Part shown: in pieces, positions 16,962-26,900 of the stretch
How positions within the stretch are numbered: the stretch's first letter is position 1
Layout of the letters: each line of letters begins with the position of its first letter
Notes under the pieces: generated by a model
Database searches by the model: none
The model's input: the letters and a program-made list of their open reading frames with translations, nothing else
What the model was told of the DNA's origin: nothing
Made by a program: the position numbers and the translations under genes
DNA from: an uncultured Thermus sp.
GTDB lineage: Bacteria; Deinococcota; Deinococci; Deinococcales; Thermaceae
Direction of reading: 5' to 3'
NCBI GenBank assembly: GCA_947085095.1
Contig: CAMTVD010000002.1
Location: 13,632 to 77,631, forward strand
DNA length: 64,000 bases

Positions 16962-18200
16962 TTAGTAGTAAGCCGAGGGGTCCACGAAGCGGGTTTCCCC
17001 GCCCACCCGCACCGCCACCCGGAACTCCAGCTCCTCGGGGCGGATGAGGAGACCGCCCCCGGTGTAGCCCAGAAGCTGGCCCCGGCTCACCTTCTGGCCC
17101 TCGGCCACCAGGGGCTCCTGCAGGTTGGTGTAGACGGTGGAGAGGCTTTCCGTGTGCACCAGCATCACCGTGTAGCCCAGGTTGGGCAGGTAGAGGATGC
17201 CGGCCACGTACCCCTCCGCCGCCGCCTGCACCGGGCTTCCCGGGCTGGGCCCGGAGATCACCTGGAAGGGCCCCTCTTGCCCGTAGGCCACGGCCACCCT
17301 GCCCCCGGGCACGGGGAAGGCCAGGCGGCCTATGGTGGCGGGAAGGGGGGGTGGGGGGACCACCACCTGGAGGGCGGTCTGCCGCCGCCGCGCCTCCTCT
17401 TGGCGCCTTCTTTCCTCCTCCTGGCGCTTTAGCTCCAGAAGGCGCCTTCTTTCCGCCAGGACCTGGGCCTGGAGCTGGGCCAGGGCGCTTTGCAGGCGTT
17501 GGCGCTCGGTGAGGGCGTCCCGCAGGAGGGCCTTCTTGCCTTCTTCTTCCTGTCTAAGGGAGGCCAGGGTAGCCATGAGGTTTCTCCGCTCCCCTTCCAG
17601 CCGGGTCTGGGTTTCCGCCAGGGCCCTTTCCTTGGCTGAGAGGTCGGTGAGGAGGAGCTTAAGGCGCTCCCTCTCCTCCGTCAGGGCCTTCAGGGTGGCC
17701 TGGAGGCGGCGCACCAGGTCGGCGTCCTTCTGGGAGATGTACCCCACCCAGCGGGCCCTAACGGCCAGGTCGGTGAAGGACTCTGCCCGAAGAAGGGGTA
17801 GGTAGCGCCCCGCCCGCTCCCGGTGGAGGCTTCGCATAAGGGCCTGGAGGCGCTCCCTTAGGGCGGCCAGGTCCCTTTCCAGCTTCTGGATGCGGGCTTC
17901 CGCCTCGCCTATGGCCTGCTGCAGACGGGCGATCTCCTGGCGGAGGCCTTTCCGCTCCCTTTCCAAGCGGGCGATCTCCCCCTCGAGGCGGCCCTTTTCC
18001 GTAAGGAGGTTCTGCACCCTCTGGGAGAGGCGGGAAAGCTCCTGGTTGAGCCTCTGGATCCGGGCCTGGGCTTCCCTTTCCAGCCTTTGGGCCTGGGCGG
18101 CCTCGGCCTCGAGGCTCCTCACCCGCTTCTCCTGGGTGGCCACGTCCTGGGCCAGGGCCAGGAGGGCGAGGGGGAGGAGGAGCCAGCTCCAAAGCCGCAT
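16962..18200 (-). CDS. murein hydrolase activator EnvC-like (coiled coil plus degenerate M23 domain)
   Basis: Signal peptide, long coiled coil, C-terminal LytM-like domain lacking zinc ligands; downstream of ftsX. Confidence 0.85.
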   Translation of the reverse strand: MRLWSWLLLPLALLALAQDVATQEKRVRSLEAEAAQAQRLEREAQARIQRLNQELSRLSQRVQNLLTEKGRLEGEIARLERERKGLRQEIARLQQAIGEAEARIQKLERDLAALRERLQALMRSLHRERAGRYLPLLRAESFTDLAVRARWVGYISQKDADLVRRLQATLKALTEERERLKLLLTDLSAKERALAETQTRLEGERRNLMATLASLRQEEEGKKALLRDALTERQRLQSALAQLQAQVLAERRRLLELKRQEEERRRQEEARRRQTALQVVVPPPPLPATIGRLAFPVPGGRVAVAYGQEGPFQVISGPSPGSPVQAAAEGYVAGILYLPNLGYTVMLVHTESLSTVYTNLQEPLVAEGQKVSRGQLLGYTGGGLLIRPEELEFRVAVRVGGETRFVDPSAYY

Positions 18201-18201
18201 C

Positions 18202-19056
18202 CTAGGCCTCCTTCAGATGGGCCCGGCTGGCCATGTAGGCCCCGCCTGCCCCCAGGAGAGCGGCCAGCAGGAGGACCAGGAGGGCGGTGCGGGCGAGGTC
18301 CTCCTGGCCCAGCACGGGCAGGAAGGGGAGGAGCCCCTGGAGGGCCCGGGCCAGGCCCAGGTAAAGCCCTCCTCCCGCCAGCACCGCAAGCACCCCGGCG
18401 CCCAGGGTGAGGAGGATCCCTTCCAGGACGAAGGGGGCCTGGATGAAGCGCCGGGTGGCCCCCACCAGGAGCATGATCCCCAAGGCTTCCTTGCGGCTTT
18501 CCATGGAGAGGCGGATGGCCCCCATGACGCTGAAAAAGGTGTTGAGGAGGAGAAGCCCCACCAGGAGGGCCATGGCCAGGCGGCTCCCCGAGAGCACCTG
18601 CACCAGGCGCTCGGTGAGCTCGCCCCCGTACTCCACCCCCTCCACCCCGGGAAGCCCCTTGAGGCGCTCTGCCACGGCCCGCACCGCCTCGGGGGTCTTC
18701 AGGCGGAGGCGCAGGGTGTCGGGCAGGGGGTTTTCCACCAGGTCCTTGGCCTGGGCCAGGTAGGGGTAGTCCAAGACCAGCTGGGCCAGGGCCTCTTCCT
18801 TGCCCTGGAGGCGCACCTCTCCCACCTCGGGCCAGGCCTGGATCTCGGTGAGGATGGCCTCCACGTTGGCATTTCCTTGTAAAAAAGCGGCCACTTCCAG
18901 CTCCCGCTCCAGGCTCTCCACCACCCTTTCCAGGTTCCAAAGGAGGAGGCCCAGGAAGTAGAGGAGGGCGAAGGAGACCAAGGCGGTGAAGAAGGTGGCG
19001 AGGCTGGCCGTGGGGTGGCGGAGGATCTGCCTTAGCGCCTCGCGGAGGGCGTACAC
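18202..19056 (-). CDS. ftsX: cell division permease FtsX
   Basis: ENPLPD motif, IMLLVGATRRFIQAPFVLEG, four TM helices; GTG 19056 lies 7 nt after TAAGAT (alternative ATG 19065). Confidence 0.9.
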   Translation of the reverse strand: MYALREALRQILRHPTASLATFFTALVSFALLYFLGLLLWNLERVVESLERELEVAAFLQGNANVEAILTEIQAWPEVGEVRLQGKEEALAQLVLDYPYLAQAKDLVENPLPDTLRLRLKTPEAVRAVAERLKGLPGVEGVEYGGELTERLVQVLSGSRLAMALLVGLLLLNTFFSVMGAIRLSMESRKEALGIMLLVGATRRFIQAPFVLEGILLTLGAGVLAVLAGGGLYLGLARALQGLLPFLPVLGQEDLARTALLVLLLAALLGAGGAYMASRAHLKEA

Positions 19057-19092
19057 GCCCCCCATCTTACGGCCTTGGGATGAGAAGCGCCT

Positions 19093-19578
19093 TTAGCGGG
19101 CCTTGTCCCTCAAATAGGCCAGGACGGTGTCCGCGTCCTGGAAGGGGTTGACGCTCCGCCAGATGCGCTCTATCCGTCCTTCCGGGTTCAGGAGGATGGT
19201 ATCCCGGCTGTAGAAGCCAAAGAGGTTCCGCACGCCGAAGGCCCGGGCCAGGCGGCCCTCGGGGTCCGGGATCATCCCCCCTTTGAGGGCCAGCTTCTCC
19301 ACGAAGTCGCACTGCTCCTGGGCGGGGTCGTGGCTCACTCCGTAGACCCTGGCCCCTAGGCGGGCGAAGGCCTCGTGGAGCTCGGAGTAGCGCTTGGCCT
19401 GGGCGGTGCACCCGGGGCTTTTGGCCTTGGGGTAGAACCAGAGGACCACGTAGCTTCCCCTAAGGTCCGCGGGGCGGCCATAGCTGTCCTTGGCCTCCAG
19501 GATGGGGGCCTTGTCCCCGGGGGCGAGGGCGGCGGCCCGGAGGAACCCCAGGAAGAGGAGAAGGGCGAGGGTGCGCAT
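19093..19578 (-). CDS. peroxiredoxin (BCP-like) with an N-terminal signal peptide
   Basis: WFYPKAKSPGCTAQA; hydrophobic leader ending in ALA. Confidence 0.8.
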   Translation of the reverse strand: MRTLALLLFLGFLRAAALAPGDKAPILEAKDSYGRPADLRGSYVVLWFYPKAKSPGCTAQAKRYSELHEAFARLGARVYGVSHDPAQEQCDFVEKLALKGGMIPDPEGRLARAFGVRNLFGFYSRDTILLNPEGRIERIWRSVNPFQDADTVLAYLRDKAR

Positions 19579-19704
19579 AGCCTAAGCCTAAGGGGGGTTG
19601 GGTCTGGGAAAGGTGGCGTGGTTGGCAAAGGCTGGCCTGCTCCCTTGCCGCAAAGGGGTGGGGTACCAAGGTAAGGGCATGCGGGCAGAGGTGCGCCCCT
19701 GCTC

Positions 19705-20799
19705 TTAGGGCACATTTGGCCGGAAGAGGGCCTTGCCCCTGGCCCTGAGGGCCTCTTGCCACGCCTCCAGGGGGAAGACCCCGCCCACGAGGCCCTCGAG
19801 GCCCTCAAGCTCCTTGAGGAGGGCCACCGCCTCCTTGAACTCCTCCCGGGTGTAGGTGTAGCTCCCCAGGAGGGCCACCTCCTTGAACCAGAAGGGGGAG
19901 AGGTCCGCCCACTCCAGGCCCGGGGCCCCCAGGAGGAGGACCCTCCCCCCTTCTTCCGCCAGGGTAAGGGCCTCCCGGAAGCCCTTCCCGCTTCCCGAGG
20001 CCTCCACCACCCAGGGAAAGCCCCCCCGGTGGCCCGCGAAGAGGAGGTAGCGGTAGCGCTTCGCCCTTTCCTGGAGGGCCTCCTTGGCGCTCCCGTAGAC
20101 CAGGTCCGCCCCGAAGGCCCTTGCCCTCTCCGCCTGGTGGGGGTACTTGGCCACGGCGTACACCTTTCCCGCGAAGCCCAAGGCCCGGAGGAGGCGCACC
20201 GCCATGAGGCCGATGGTCCCCATGCCCAGGATGAGGACCTCCTCCGGCCAGGGCCAAAGCCTCTTGAGCCCCCGCAGGACCACGGCCAGGGGCTCGGCCA
20301 GGACCGCCCGCTCGTCCGGGACCCCGTCCGGGATGGGGTAGAGGCGCTCCTCCCGCGCGAAGACCCACTCCCCCCACCCCCCGGGCAGGTCCCGGTTGTA
20401 GCCCAGCATCCCCGGGGCCAGGACCCCTTCCGCCACGTTCTGGCAAAGCCCCTCCTCCCCCCGCTGGCACATGGGGCAAGGGGGCAGGCCCCGGTCGGCG
20501 CAGGCGAGGAGGGGGTTCACCGCCACCCTCTCCCCCTCCACCTCCCCCAGGACCTCGTGGCCCAAAACGGCGGGAAAGGAGAAGAAGGGGCTGATGGTGG
20601 GGGGGCTTTTCCCGTAGAGGAGGGCCAGGTCCGAGCCGCAGACCCCGGAGAGGAGGACCCTGACCTTGAGGAAGCCCGGCCTCTCGGGAAGGGGGACCTC
20701 CTCCAGCTTCAAGGGTAGAAGCCCCTTGGGAAAGCGCTTTCCCAAAAGCCTGGCCCCGAAGAAGCGGGGGAGGGAGGGGGTGTAGCGGAGGGCCTTCAT
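19705..20799 (-). CDS. zinc-dependent alcohol dehydrogenase (MDR family)
   Basis: GVCGSD, LGHE, structural zinc cysteines, GMGTIG. Confidence 0.9.
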   Translation of the reverse strand: MKALRYTPSLPRFFGARLLGKRFPKGLLPLKLEEVPLPERPGFLKVRVLLSGVCGSDLALLYGKSPPTISPFFSFPAVLGHEVLGEVEGERVAVNPLLACADRGLPPCPMCQRGEEGLCQNVAEGVLAPGMLGYNRDLPGGWGEWVFAREERLYPIPDGVPDERAVLAEPLAVVLRGLKRLWPWPEEVLILGMGTIGLMAVRLLRALGFAGKVYAVAKYPHQAERARAFGADLVYGSAKEALQERAKRYRYLLFAGHRGGFPWVVEASGSGKGFREALTLAEEGGRVLLLGAPGLEWADLSPFWFKEVALLGSYTYTREEFKEAVALLKELEGLEGLVGGVFPLEAWQEALRARGKALFRPNVP

Positions 20800-21857
20800 G
20801 TCATGGGCACGGTGCGGATGAGCTTGCCATCAATCCTTTCCAGGATCTCCTCCAGGCTCCGGCCGGTGATGGTGAGGCCGTGGTTCCTGAGGCCCACCAC
20901 CGCCCGGGTGGGGTCAGGGGCCTCCCGCACCTTCTCCGCCACCGCCTGGGCGAGCTCATACGTGCCGCAGGGGTAGTTGAAGGGGGTGGCGGGGACTCCC
21001 TCCATCCAGGCGTGGACGTGGAGGATGGCCCCCACCCCGGGGTGTTCCCGGTAGATCATCCAGTGCTCAATGGCGTCCACGCTCACCCGCCGGGGCTCCA
21101 CCTGGGGCGGCACCGAGAGGAGGATGGCGTTTTTCTCGGGATCGTAGTCCTTCACCATGAGGATGTCCCGGCCGATCTCCTTGAGGTTCGCCTTGTCCAC
21201 CCCGCTCGCCGACATCCAGAAGCGCCTTGCGTCCTTGCGCACGGAGAGGTTTCCGTAGGAAAGCCCCCCGATGCCGTAGAGCCTTTTCACGTGGCGGAGG
21301 TCCTCAGGAGGGAGGATCTCCTCTATGGGGAAGGGGGCGGGGAGGAGGTCCCACTCCTTGAGCTTCTTCCCCGCCCGGTACATGCTCTCCGTGAGCTCGT
21401 CTCCCTGCCAAAGCTCGGGCTCCAGGTCGGGGTCAAAGACGTTGGTGATGACCAGGCGGCTGCAGGCGATGGGCCTGAGGCGGCTCGCCACCCGCTCATG
21501 GAAGCCTTCCCCCTCCATCTCCCGGTAATGGCCCAGCTCCAGGGTGAGGAAGGCCACCCCTTCCCCGGGCACGTAGGCCAGGAGGACGTTGGAGAGGGAT
21601 CGGACCAGGTAAGGGTAGAGGGTCTTGATGGGCTCCTGGGGAAACTGGGGAAGCTCCAGGACCGAGGCCACGAAGGTGGCCTGGGCCTTGCGGCGGTAGG
21701 GCTTGGGGTTCTCCTGCGTGATGGCGTTCAGGACCAGGTTGGGGGCCTCGGCATTGGGGTCATGGCGGAACCCCTGGGCCTCCAAGGCCCGCCCCACCCC
21801 CTCCAGGAGGCTTTGAACCCTGGGTGTCGGCTCGCCGTTAATGAGGTACTTCCACAT
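20796..21857 (-). CDS. class II aldolase/adducin-family protein with an N-terminal extension
   Basis: SYGNLSVR, AILHVH, LRNHG metal-binding motifs. Confidence 0.8.
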   Translation of the reverse strand: MWKYLINGEPTPRVQSLLEGVGRALEAQGFRHDPNAEAPNLVLNAITQENPKPYRRKAQATFVASVLELPQFPQEPIKTLYPYLVRSLSNVLLAYVPGEGVAFLTLELGHYREMEGEGFHERVASRLRPIACSRLVITNVFDPDLEPELWQGDELTESMYRAGKKLKEWDLLPAPFPIEEILPPEDLRHVKRLYGIGGLSYGNLSVRKDARRFWMSASGVDKANLKEIGRDILMVKDYDPEKNAILLSVPPQVEPRRVSVDAIEHWMIYREHPGVGAILHVHAWMEGVPATPFNYPCGTYELAQAVAEKVREAPDPTRAVVGLRNHGLTITGRSLEEILERIDGKLIRTVPMT

Positions 21858-21901
21858 GCTCCCTCCTTGTCCTGCCCTTAAGGCTACCGCATACTGGGCC
21901 T

Positions 21902-22876
21902 GTGGCGGAAGTCCTGCGGGTGCCCTTTGCGGGTCTTAGGGTGGGGCACTTCACCGACCTCGAGGCCCTCACCGGGTGCACGGTCCTCCTCCTGGAGGAG
22001 GGGGCGGTGGCGGCGGTGGATGTCCGGGGGGCGGCCCCGGGAACCAGGGAGACGGACCTCCTGGCCCCGGAGAACACGGTGGAAAGGATCCAGGCCCTCC
22101 TCCTCACCGGGGGAAGCGCCTTCGGCCTGGCGGCGGCCGAGGGGGTGGTGCGCTACCTCCGGGAAAGGGGCCTGGGGTTTCCCACCCCCGCGGGCCCGGT
22201 GCCCATCGTCCCCGCCGCCGTGCTCTACGACCTGGGGCGGGGTAAGGCTTTTAGGCCCCCGGGGGCGGAAGCGGGGTACCTGGCCGCCCTGGCCGCGGGG
22301 GAGGAGGTGGCCGAGGGGAGCGTGGGGGCGGGTACCGGGGCCCTGGCGGGCGGGGTCAAGGGGGGCCTGGGGATGGCGGGCTACCGCCTGGAGGAGGGGT
22401 ACGGGGTTTGGGCCCTGGTGGCGGTGAACAGCCTGGGCCGCCCCTTTGACCCTCTCACGGGCAGGCTCTACGCCGAGGCTTTCCTCAGCGAGGAGGAGCG
22501 GGGGCTTCTTCCTGACCTCTCCCGCTACCGGGGCCAGCCCGAAGACTACCGCTACCCCTTCTTGATGGGCCAGAACACCACCCTGGCGGCGGTGGTCACG
22601 GACGCTCCCCTCAGCAAGGCCCAGTCCAGGCGCCTGGCCATCATGGCCCAGGACGGGATCGCCCGCGCCCTCCGCCCCGCCCACACCCCTTTGGACGGGG
22701 ACCTGGTCTTCGCCCTGGCCCTGGGGGACGGGCGGGGGGTGGGGCTTCCCCTCCTCCTCCGCCTGGGGGCCTACGCCGCGGATGCCCTCGCCCGGGCCAT
22801 CGCCCGGGGGGTGCTCCTGGCCGAGGGCCTGGGCCTGCCCACCTACCGGGAGCTAGCGGCCGGGGAAGGGGCTTAG
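21902..22876 (+). CDS. P1/S58 family peptidase (DmpA-like)
   Basis: DVRGAAPGTRETDLL, GGSAFGL, GQNTT, HTPLDGD. Confidence 0.9.
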   Translation: MAEVLRVPFAGLRVGHFTDLEALTGCTVLLLEEGAVAAVDVRGAAPGTRETDLLAPENTVERIQALLLTGGSAFGLAAAEGVVRYLRERGLGFPTPAGPVPIVPAAVLYDLGRGKAFRPPGAEAGYLAALAAGEEVAEGSVGAGTGALAGGVKGGLGMAGYRLEEGYGVWALVAVNSLGRPFDPLTGRLYAEAFLSEEERGLLPDLSRYRGQPEDYRYPFLMGQNTTLAAVVTDAPLSKAQSRRLAIMAQDGIARALRPAHTPLDGDLVFALALGDGRGVGLPLLLRLGAYAADALARAIARGVLLAEGLGLPTYRELAAGEGA

Positions 22877-23860
22877 CGTGACCTCCACCTGGAACACTTC
22901 CCCACCTCGGCGCACGGTGAGGCTAATGCGGTCCCCCACCTGGTGGCGGCGCACCTCGCGGAGGAGGTCTTCAAAGGTGTTGACGGGGACTCCCGCCACC
23001 TCCAGGATCACGTCGGGTACCCCGCCCGATTCCAGGCCCCGAAGCCCCGCCCGCTGGGCGGCCCCGCCCGGCACCACCTCCCCCACCACCACCCCTCCAG
23101 GGGGAAGGCCCAGCTCCCGGGCGAGCTCGGGGGTCAGGGCCCGGGGGCCCCGGAGGCCCAGGTAGGGCCAGTAGCTCCGCTCCCCCCTCTCCAGGGCCAA
23201 AAGGACCTCTCCCCGGCCGAAGAGGGGGGTGAAGTAGCTGCGGAAGCCCTCCTCCGTCTGGCCGATGGCCACGGCCACGCCGAGGACCTTGCCCTCGGCG
23301 TCCAGGACCGGCCCCCCCGAGTCCCCGGGGGAGAGGGGAAGGGAGGTCTCCACCAGCCCCTGGGGGAGAAAGGCGGAGGGGCTGGTCTGAAGGCGGATCA
23401 CCCGGCCATAGCGGGGGGCGATGAACTGGCCCCGGCCGTTGCCGATGTGGAGGATGGCCTCCCCCGCCTCGGGCCGCCGCACCGTCTCCAGGGGGAGGGG
23501 CGGGGCGGGCGGGGAGGCCTCGGTGGCCAGGACCGCCAGGTCCAGGGGTTCGGCGAAGCCCAGGAGGCGGGCCTCCTTACGGGTACGGTCCGCCAGGAAG
23601 AGGGTGAAAGGCCCCCCCTCGGCCACCACGTGGTAGGCGGTGAGGACGAGGCCTTGGGCGTAGAAGAAGCCCGTGCCCCGGCCACCTTCGGGGCCCTCTA
23701 TCCGCAGGACGGCGGGGTGGGCTTTGGTGTAGACCTCCTGCAGGGTTTCCGGACCCGCTTGGATGGGCTCGGTCCAGAGGACCGGGGGTCCCTTGGTGAG
23801 GAGGAGGTTCAGGGCGAGGAGGAGGGGCAGGAGGAGGATAAGGCCGCCCAGTTTCCGCAT
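22853..23860 (-). CDS. S1C trypsin-like serine protease with PDZ domain
   Basis: LTAYHVV, DLAVL, PGDSGGP, C-terminal PDZ. Confidence 0.9.
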   Translation of the reverse strand: MRKLGGLILLLPLLLALNLLLTKGPPVLWTEPIQAGPETLQEVYTKAHPAVLRIEGPEGGRGTGFFYAQGLVLTAYHVVAEGGPFTLFLADRTRKEARLLGFAEPLDLAVLATEASPPAPPLPLETVRRPEAGEAILHIGNGRGQFIAPRYGRVIRLQTSPSAFLPQGLVETSLPLSPGDSGGPVLDAEGKVLGVAVAIGQTEEGFRSYFTPLFGRGEVLLALERGERSYWPYLGLRGPRALTPELARELGLPPGGVVVGEVVPGGAAQRAGLRGLESGGVPDVILEVAGVPVNTFEDLLREVRRHQVGDRISLTVRRGGEVFQVEVTLSPFPGR

Positions 23861-23924
23861 ACCCTCATTCTGGCCCCAGGTTCTGGCAAGAGGGTGGCCC
23901 CGGGCACGTTCGGGACCCTCTGGC

Positions 23925-26900
23925 CTAAAGGCCTTCTTCCTCCACCAGGCGCAGGAAGGCGGTTACCACTTCGGGGTCAAACTGCTTGCTCGCCTGCTCC
24001 TGGAGGTAGGCCAAGGCTTTCGCCCGGGGCCAGGCGCGGCGGTAGGGCCGGTCGGAGGTGAGGGCATCGTAGACGTCCACCACGGCGAAGATTCGGGCAG
24101 GAAACGGGATGGCTTCCCCTTTCAGGCCCCGGGGGTAGCCGGAGCCGTCCCAGCGCTCGTGGTGGGCGTAGGGGATCTCCAGGGCCTTCCTGAGGAAGGG
24201 GATGCCGGAGAGCCACTCGTGGGCGTAGACGGGGTGCTTTCTCATCACCGCCCACTCCTCCTCGGTGAGAGGGCCGGGCTTGAGGAGGATGGCGTCGGGA
24301 ATCCCCAGCTTGCCCACATCGTGGAGGATGGCCCCCCGCCGGATGTGCTCCAGGTCCTCCTCGGGCACCCCCAGGGCCAGGGCCAGGCGCAGGGTGAGCT
24401 CCGTGACCCGCTCCGTGTGGCCCGCGGTTTCCTGGTCCCGGAGCTCCACGGCCTTGGCCCAGCCCCAGAGGGTGAGGTCGTACGCAGCTTCCAGTTCCCG
24501 CTGGCTCCGTTGCAGGGCCTGAAAGGTGAGGGCGTTGTCCAGGGCGATGGTCCCCTGGCCCACCAGGGCCTCGAGGAACTCCTCCTCTTCGGGGGCCAGG
24601 TCCCAGGGCCTGCGGGTGAAGGCAGCCAGGACCCCCAGAAGCCGCCCCTTGGCGAAGAGGGGGTAAGCCTCTTCGGCGACCAGACCCTCCTCCAGGGTGA
24701 AGCTGGGGTGGGCCCCCGGTTCCTGGGAAAGGTCCGCCACCTGGACCACCCGCCCCTCCAAGGCCGCCCGGCCCACGTGCCCCACCCCCAAGGGGATGCG
24801 CTGGGGTAGGCGGTCCTTGGGGGTCAGGAAGCCCTTGGCCCCCTGCAGGACCAGGGCTTTTTCCTCCTTGCGGTAGAGGAAGAGGGCCACCGCATCCAGG
24901 GGCAGGCGGAGGGCCTGGGCCAGAAAGACCTCCAGGGTGGGCCCCAGGTCCAAGGAGGCGGCGGTGGCCTGGTCCACGGCCCTGAGGGCTTCCAGATGCT
25001 CCAGCCGCTGGGCCAGCTTCTCGCGCAGGCTTGCCCTACGGAAAGCGTTGCCCATGGCCTCGGCCAGGATCTGGGCCCGCTCCACCTCCCTGGGCCCAGG
25101 AATGTGGGGATGGGGCCAGGAGAGGAGGAGCACCCCGACGGCCTCCTTTCCCGCCAAAAGGGGGAGGGCCAGGCCGCTATGGCCCTCGGGGATGAGGGGC
25201 CGGGCGACCTCCCGGGTGCGGGGGTCGTTCTTGAGGTCGGGGCTCAGGACCACCTCCCCGGCCAGGGCCCGGGCCACCAGGCTCTTCTCGGCGGGGGTAG
25301 GGGCGGGGGGAAGGCCCTCCAGCCATCCCCGGCAGACCTCCGCGGCGAGCCTCGGGGGGTTGCCTTCGTAGAGGAGCAGGCCACCGGCCTGGGCCTCCAG
25401 GATGGCCATCGCCGTGTCCAGGCCCCGTTCCATCATCTCCTTTAGGTCCTGGCTTTGCCTTAGGGCTATACTCAGCCGGGCGAAGCCCTCGAGGGTGAGT
25501 TCCCGCTCCTTGGCCTCGGTGATGTCCAGGCCTATCCCCAGAATGGCGGGCTTCCCCGAAAGCTCCACCCGGGCGGCGGAGAAGTCCAGCCAGCGCACCT
25601 CCCCTTCTTTGGTCAGGATGCGGAAGGGGTAGTGGACGGGCACACCTTCCCCCCGGAGGCGGGCCAGGCCCTGCTTCCGGACCAGCTCCCGGTCCTGGGG
25701 GTGGACGAACTCCCAGATGGGCCGGGATCGCACCTCCTCCAGGGAGTACCCCGTGAGGCGCAGGGCTTCAGGGTTGACGTAGACCAGCCGGGCGGTTTCG
25801 GGCTGCTCAGCGCTTTCCGCCTGCCAGATCAGGATGAAGGCTGGGGCGGTTTCCGCCAGGGTGCGGAAGCGGGCTTCTGACTCGCGGAGGGCGGCTTCCC
25901 GCTTTTTTTCCTCGGTGGAATCCCGCTTGATGGCGATAAAGTGGGTGATTTCCCCGTTTTCTTGCACCGGGGTGATGGTCATGCGCTCCGTGTAAAGGGA
26001 GCCGTCCTTGCGGCGGTTCACGATCTCGCCCCGCCACACCTGGCCGGAAAGGATGGTGTCCCAGAGGTGTTTGAAAAAGGCCTGGTCATGAACCCCGGAC
26101 TTGAGGAACCGGGGGTTCTTGCCCAAGGCCTCCTCGGGGGCGTACCCCGTCATCTGGGTGAAGGCGGGGTTTGTCCACAGGATGCGCCCCTCGCGGTCGG
26201 TGAGGAGCATGGCCTCGTGAGAGGCTTGTAGGGCCCTTTCCAGAAGCCTCCGGGTGGCCTCAGCCTGGAGCTTTTCGGTGATGTCTATGGCCACCACCAG
26301 GACGGCAGGCCGGTTGGCGTATTCTATGGCGTGGGAGTGGATTTCCACCAGGATTTCCCGGCCGTCCTTGAGCCGGTGGGTCCAGGGTCCGGAGTGTTCC
26401 AGGGGTTTTCGGGGCCCCTTGAGGTTTTCCAGCAACCTCTGCCTCTCCCTCTCTGGGCGTATCTGGAGGATGTTCATGGAAAGGAACTCTTCCCGGGTGT
26501 ACCCGTACTTGGTTGTGGCCGCCTCGTTGACCTCCAGGAAGCGGTAGGTTTCCAGGTTGTAGACCCACATGGGCAGGGGATGGGCCTGAAAGAGGAGGCG
26601 AAAGCGCTCTTCCTGGGCTGTCTCTAGGGTTACGTCGTAGGTGTAGCCGGTGAGGAGGTGGGTTTCCGGGTAGTAGATGACCGTGTCCCGGAGCCAGACC
26701 CAGGCCCCTTTCGTTCCGTGGCGAAAGCGGTAGGTGTGAACCTGCACTTCACCTGGCTCCGCTACCGCCCGGCGGCCGGTGGCCTCGAGCCCGGCCCGGT
26801 CCTCGGGATGGACTTGGGAAAAGAAAAAGGCGGGGTCGGCGAGGAGGCGTTCCACCGGGTAGCCCAGGAGGGCCTCGGCTTGCTTGGAGCTGATGTAGTG

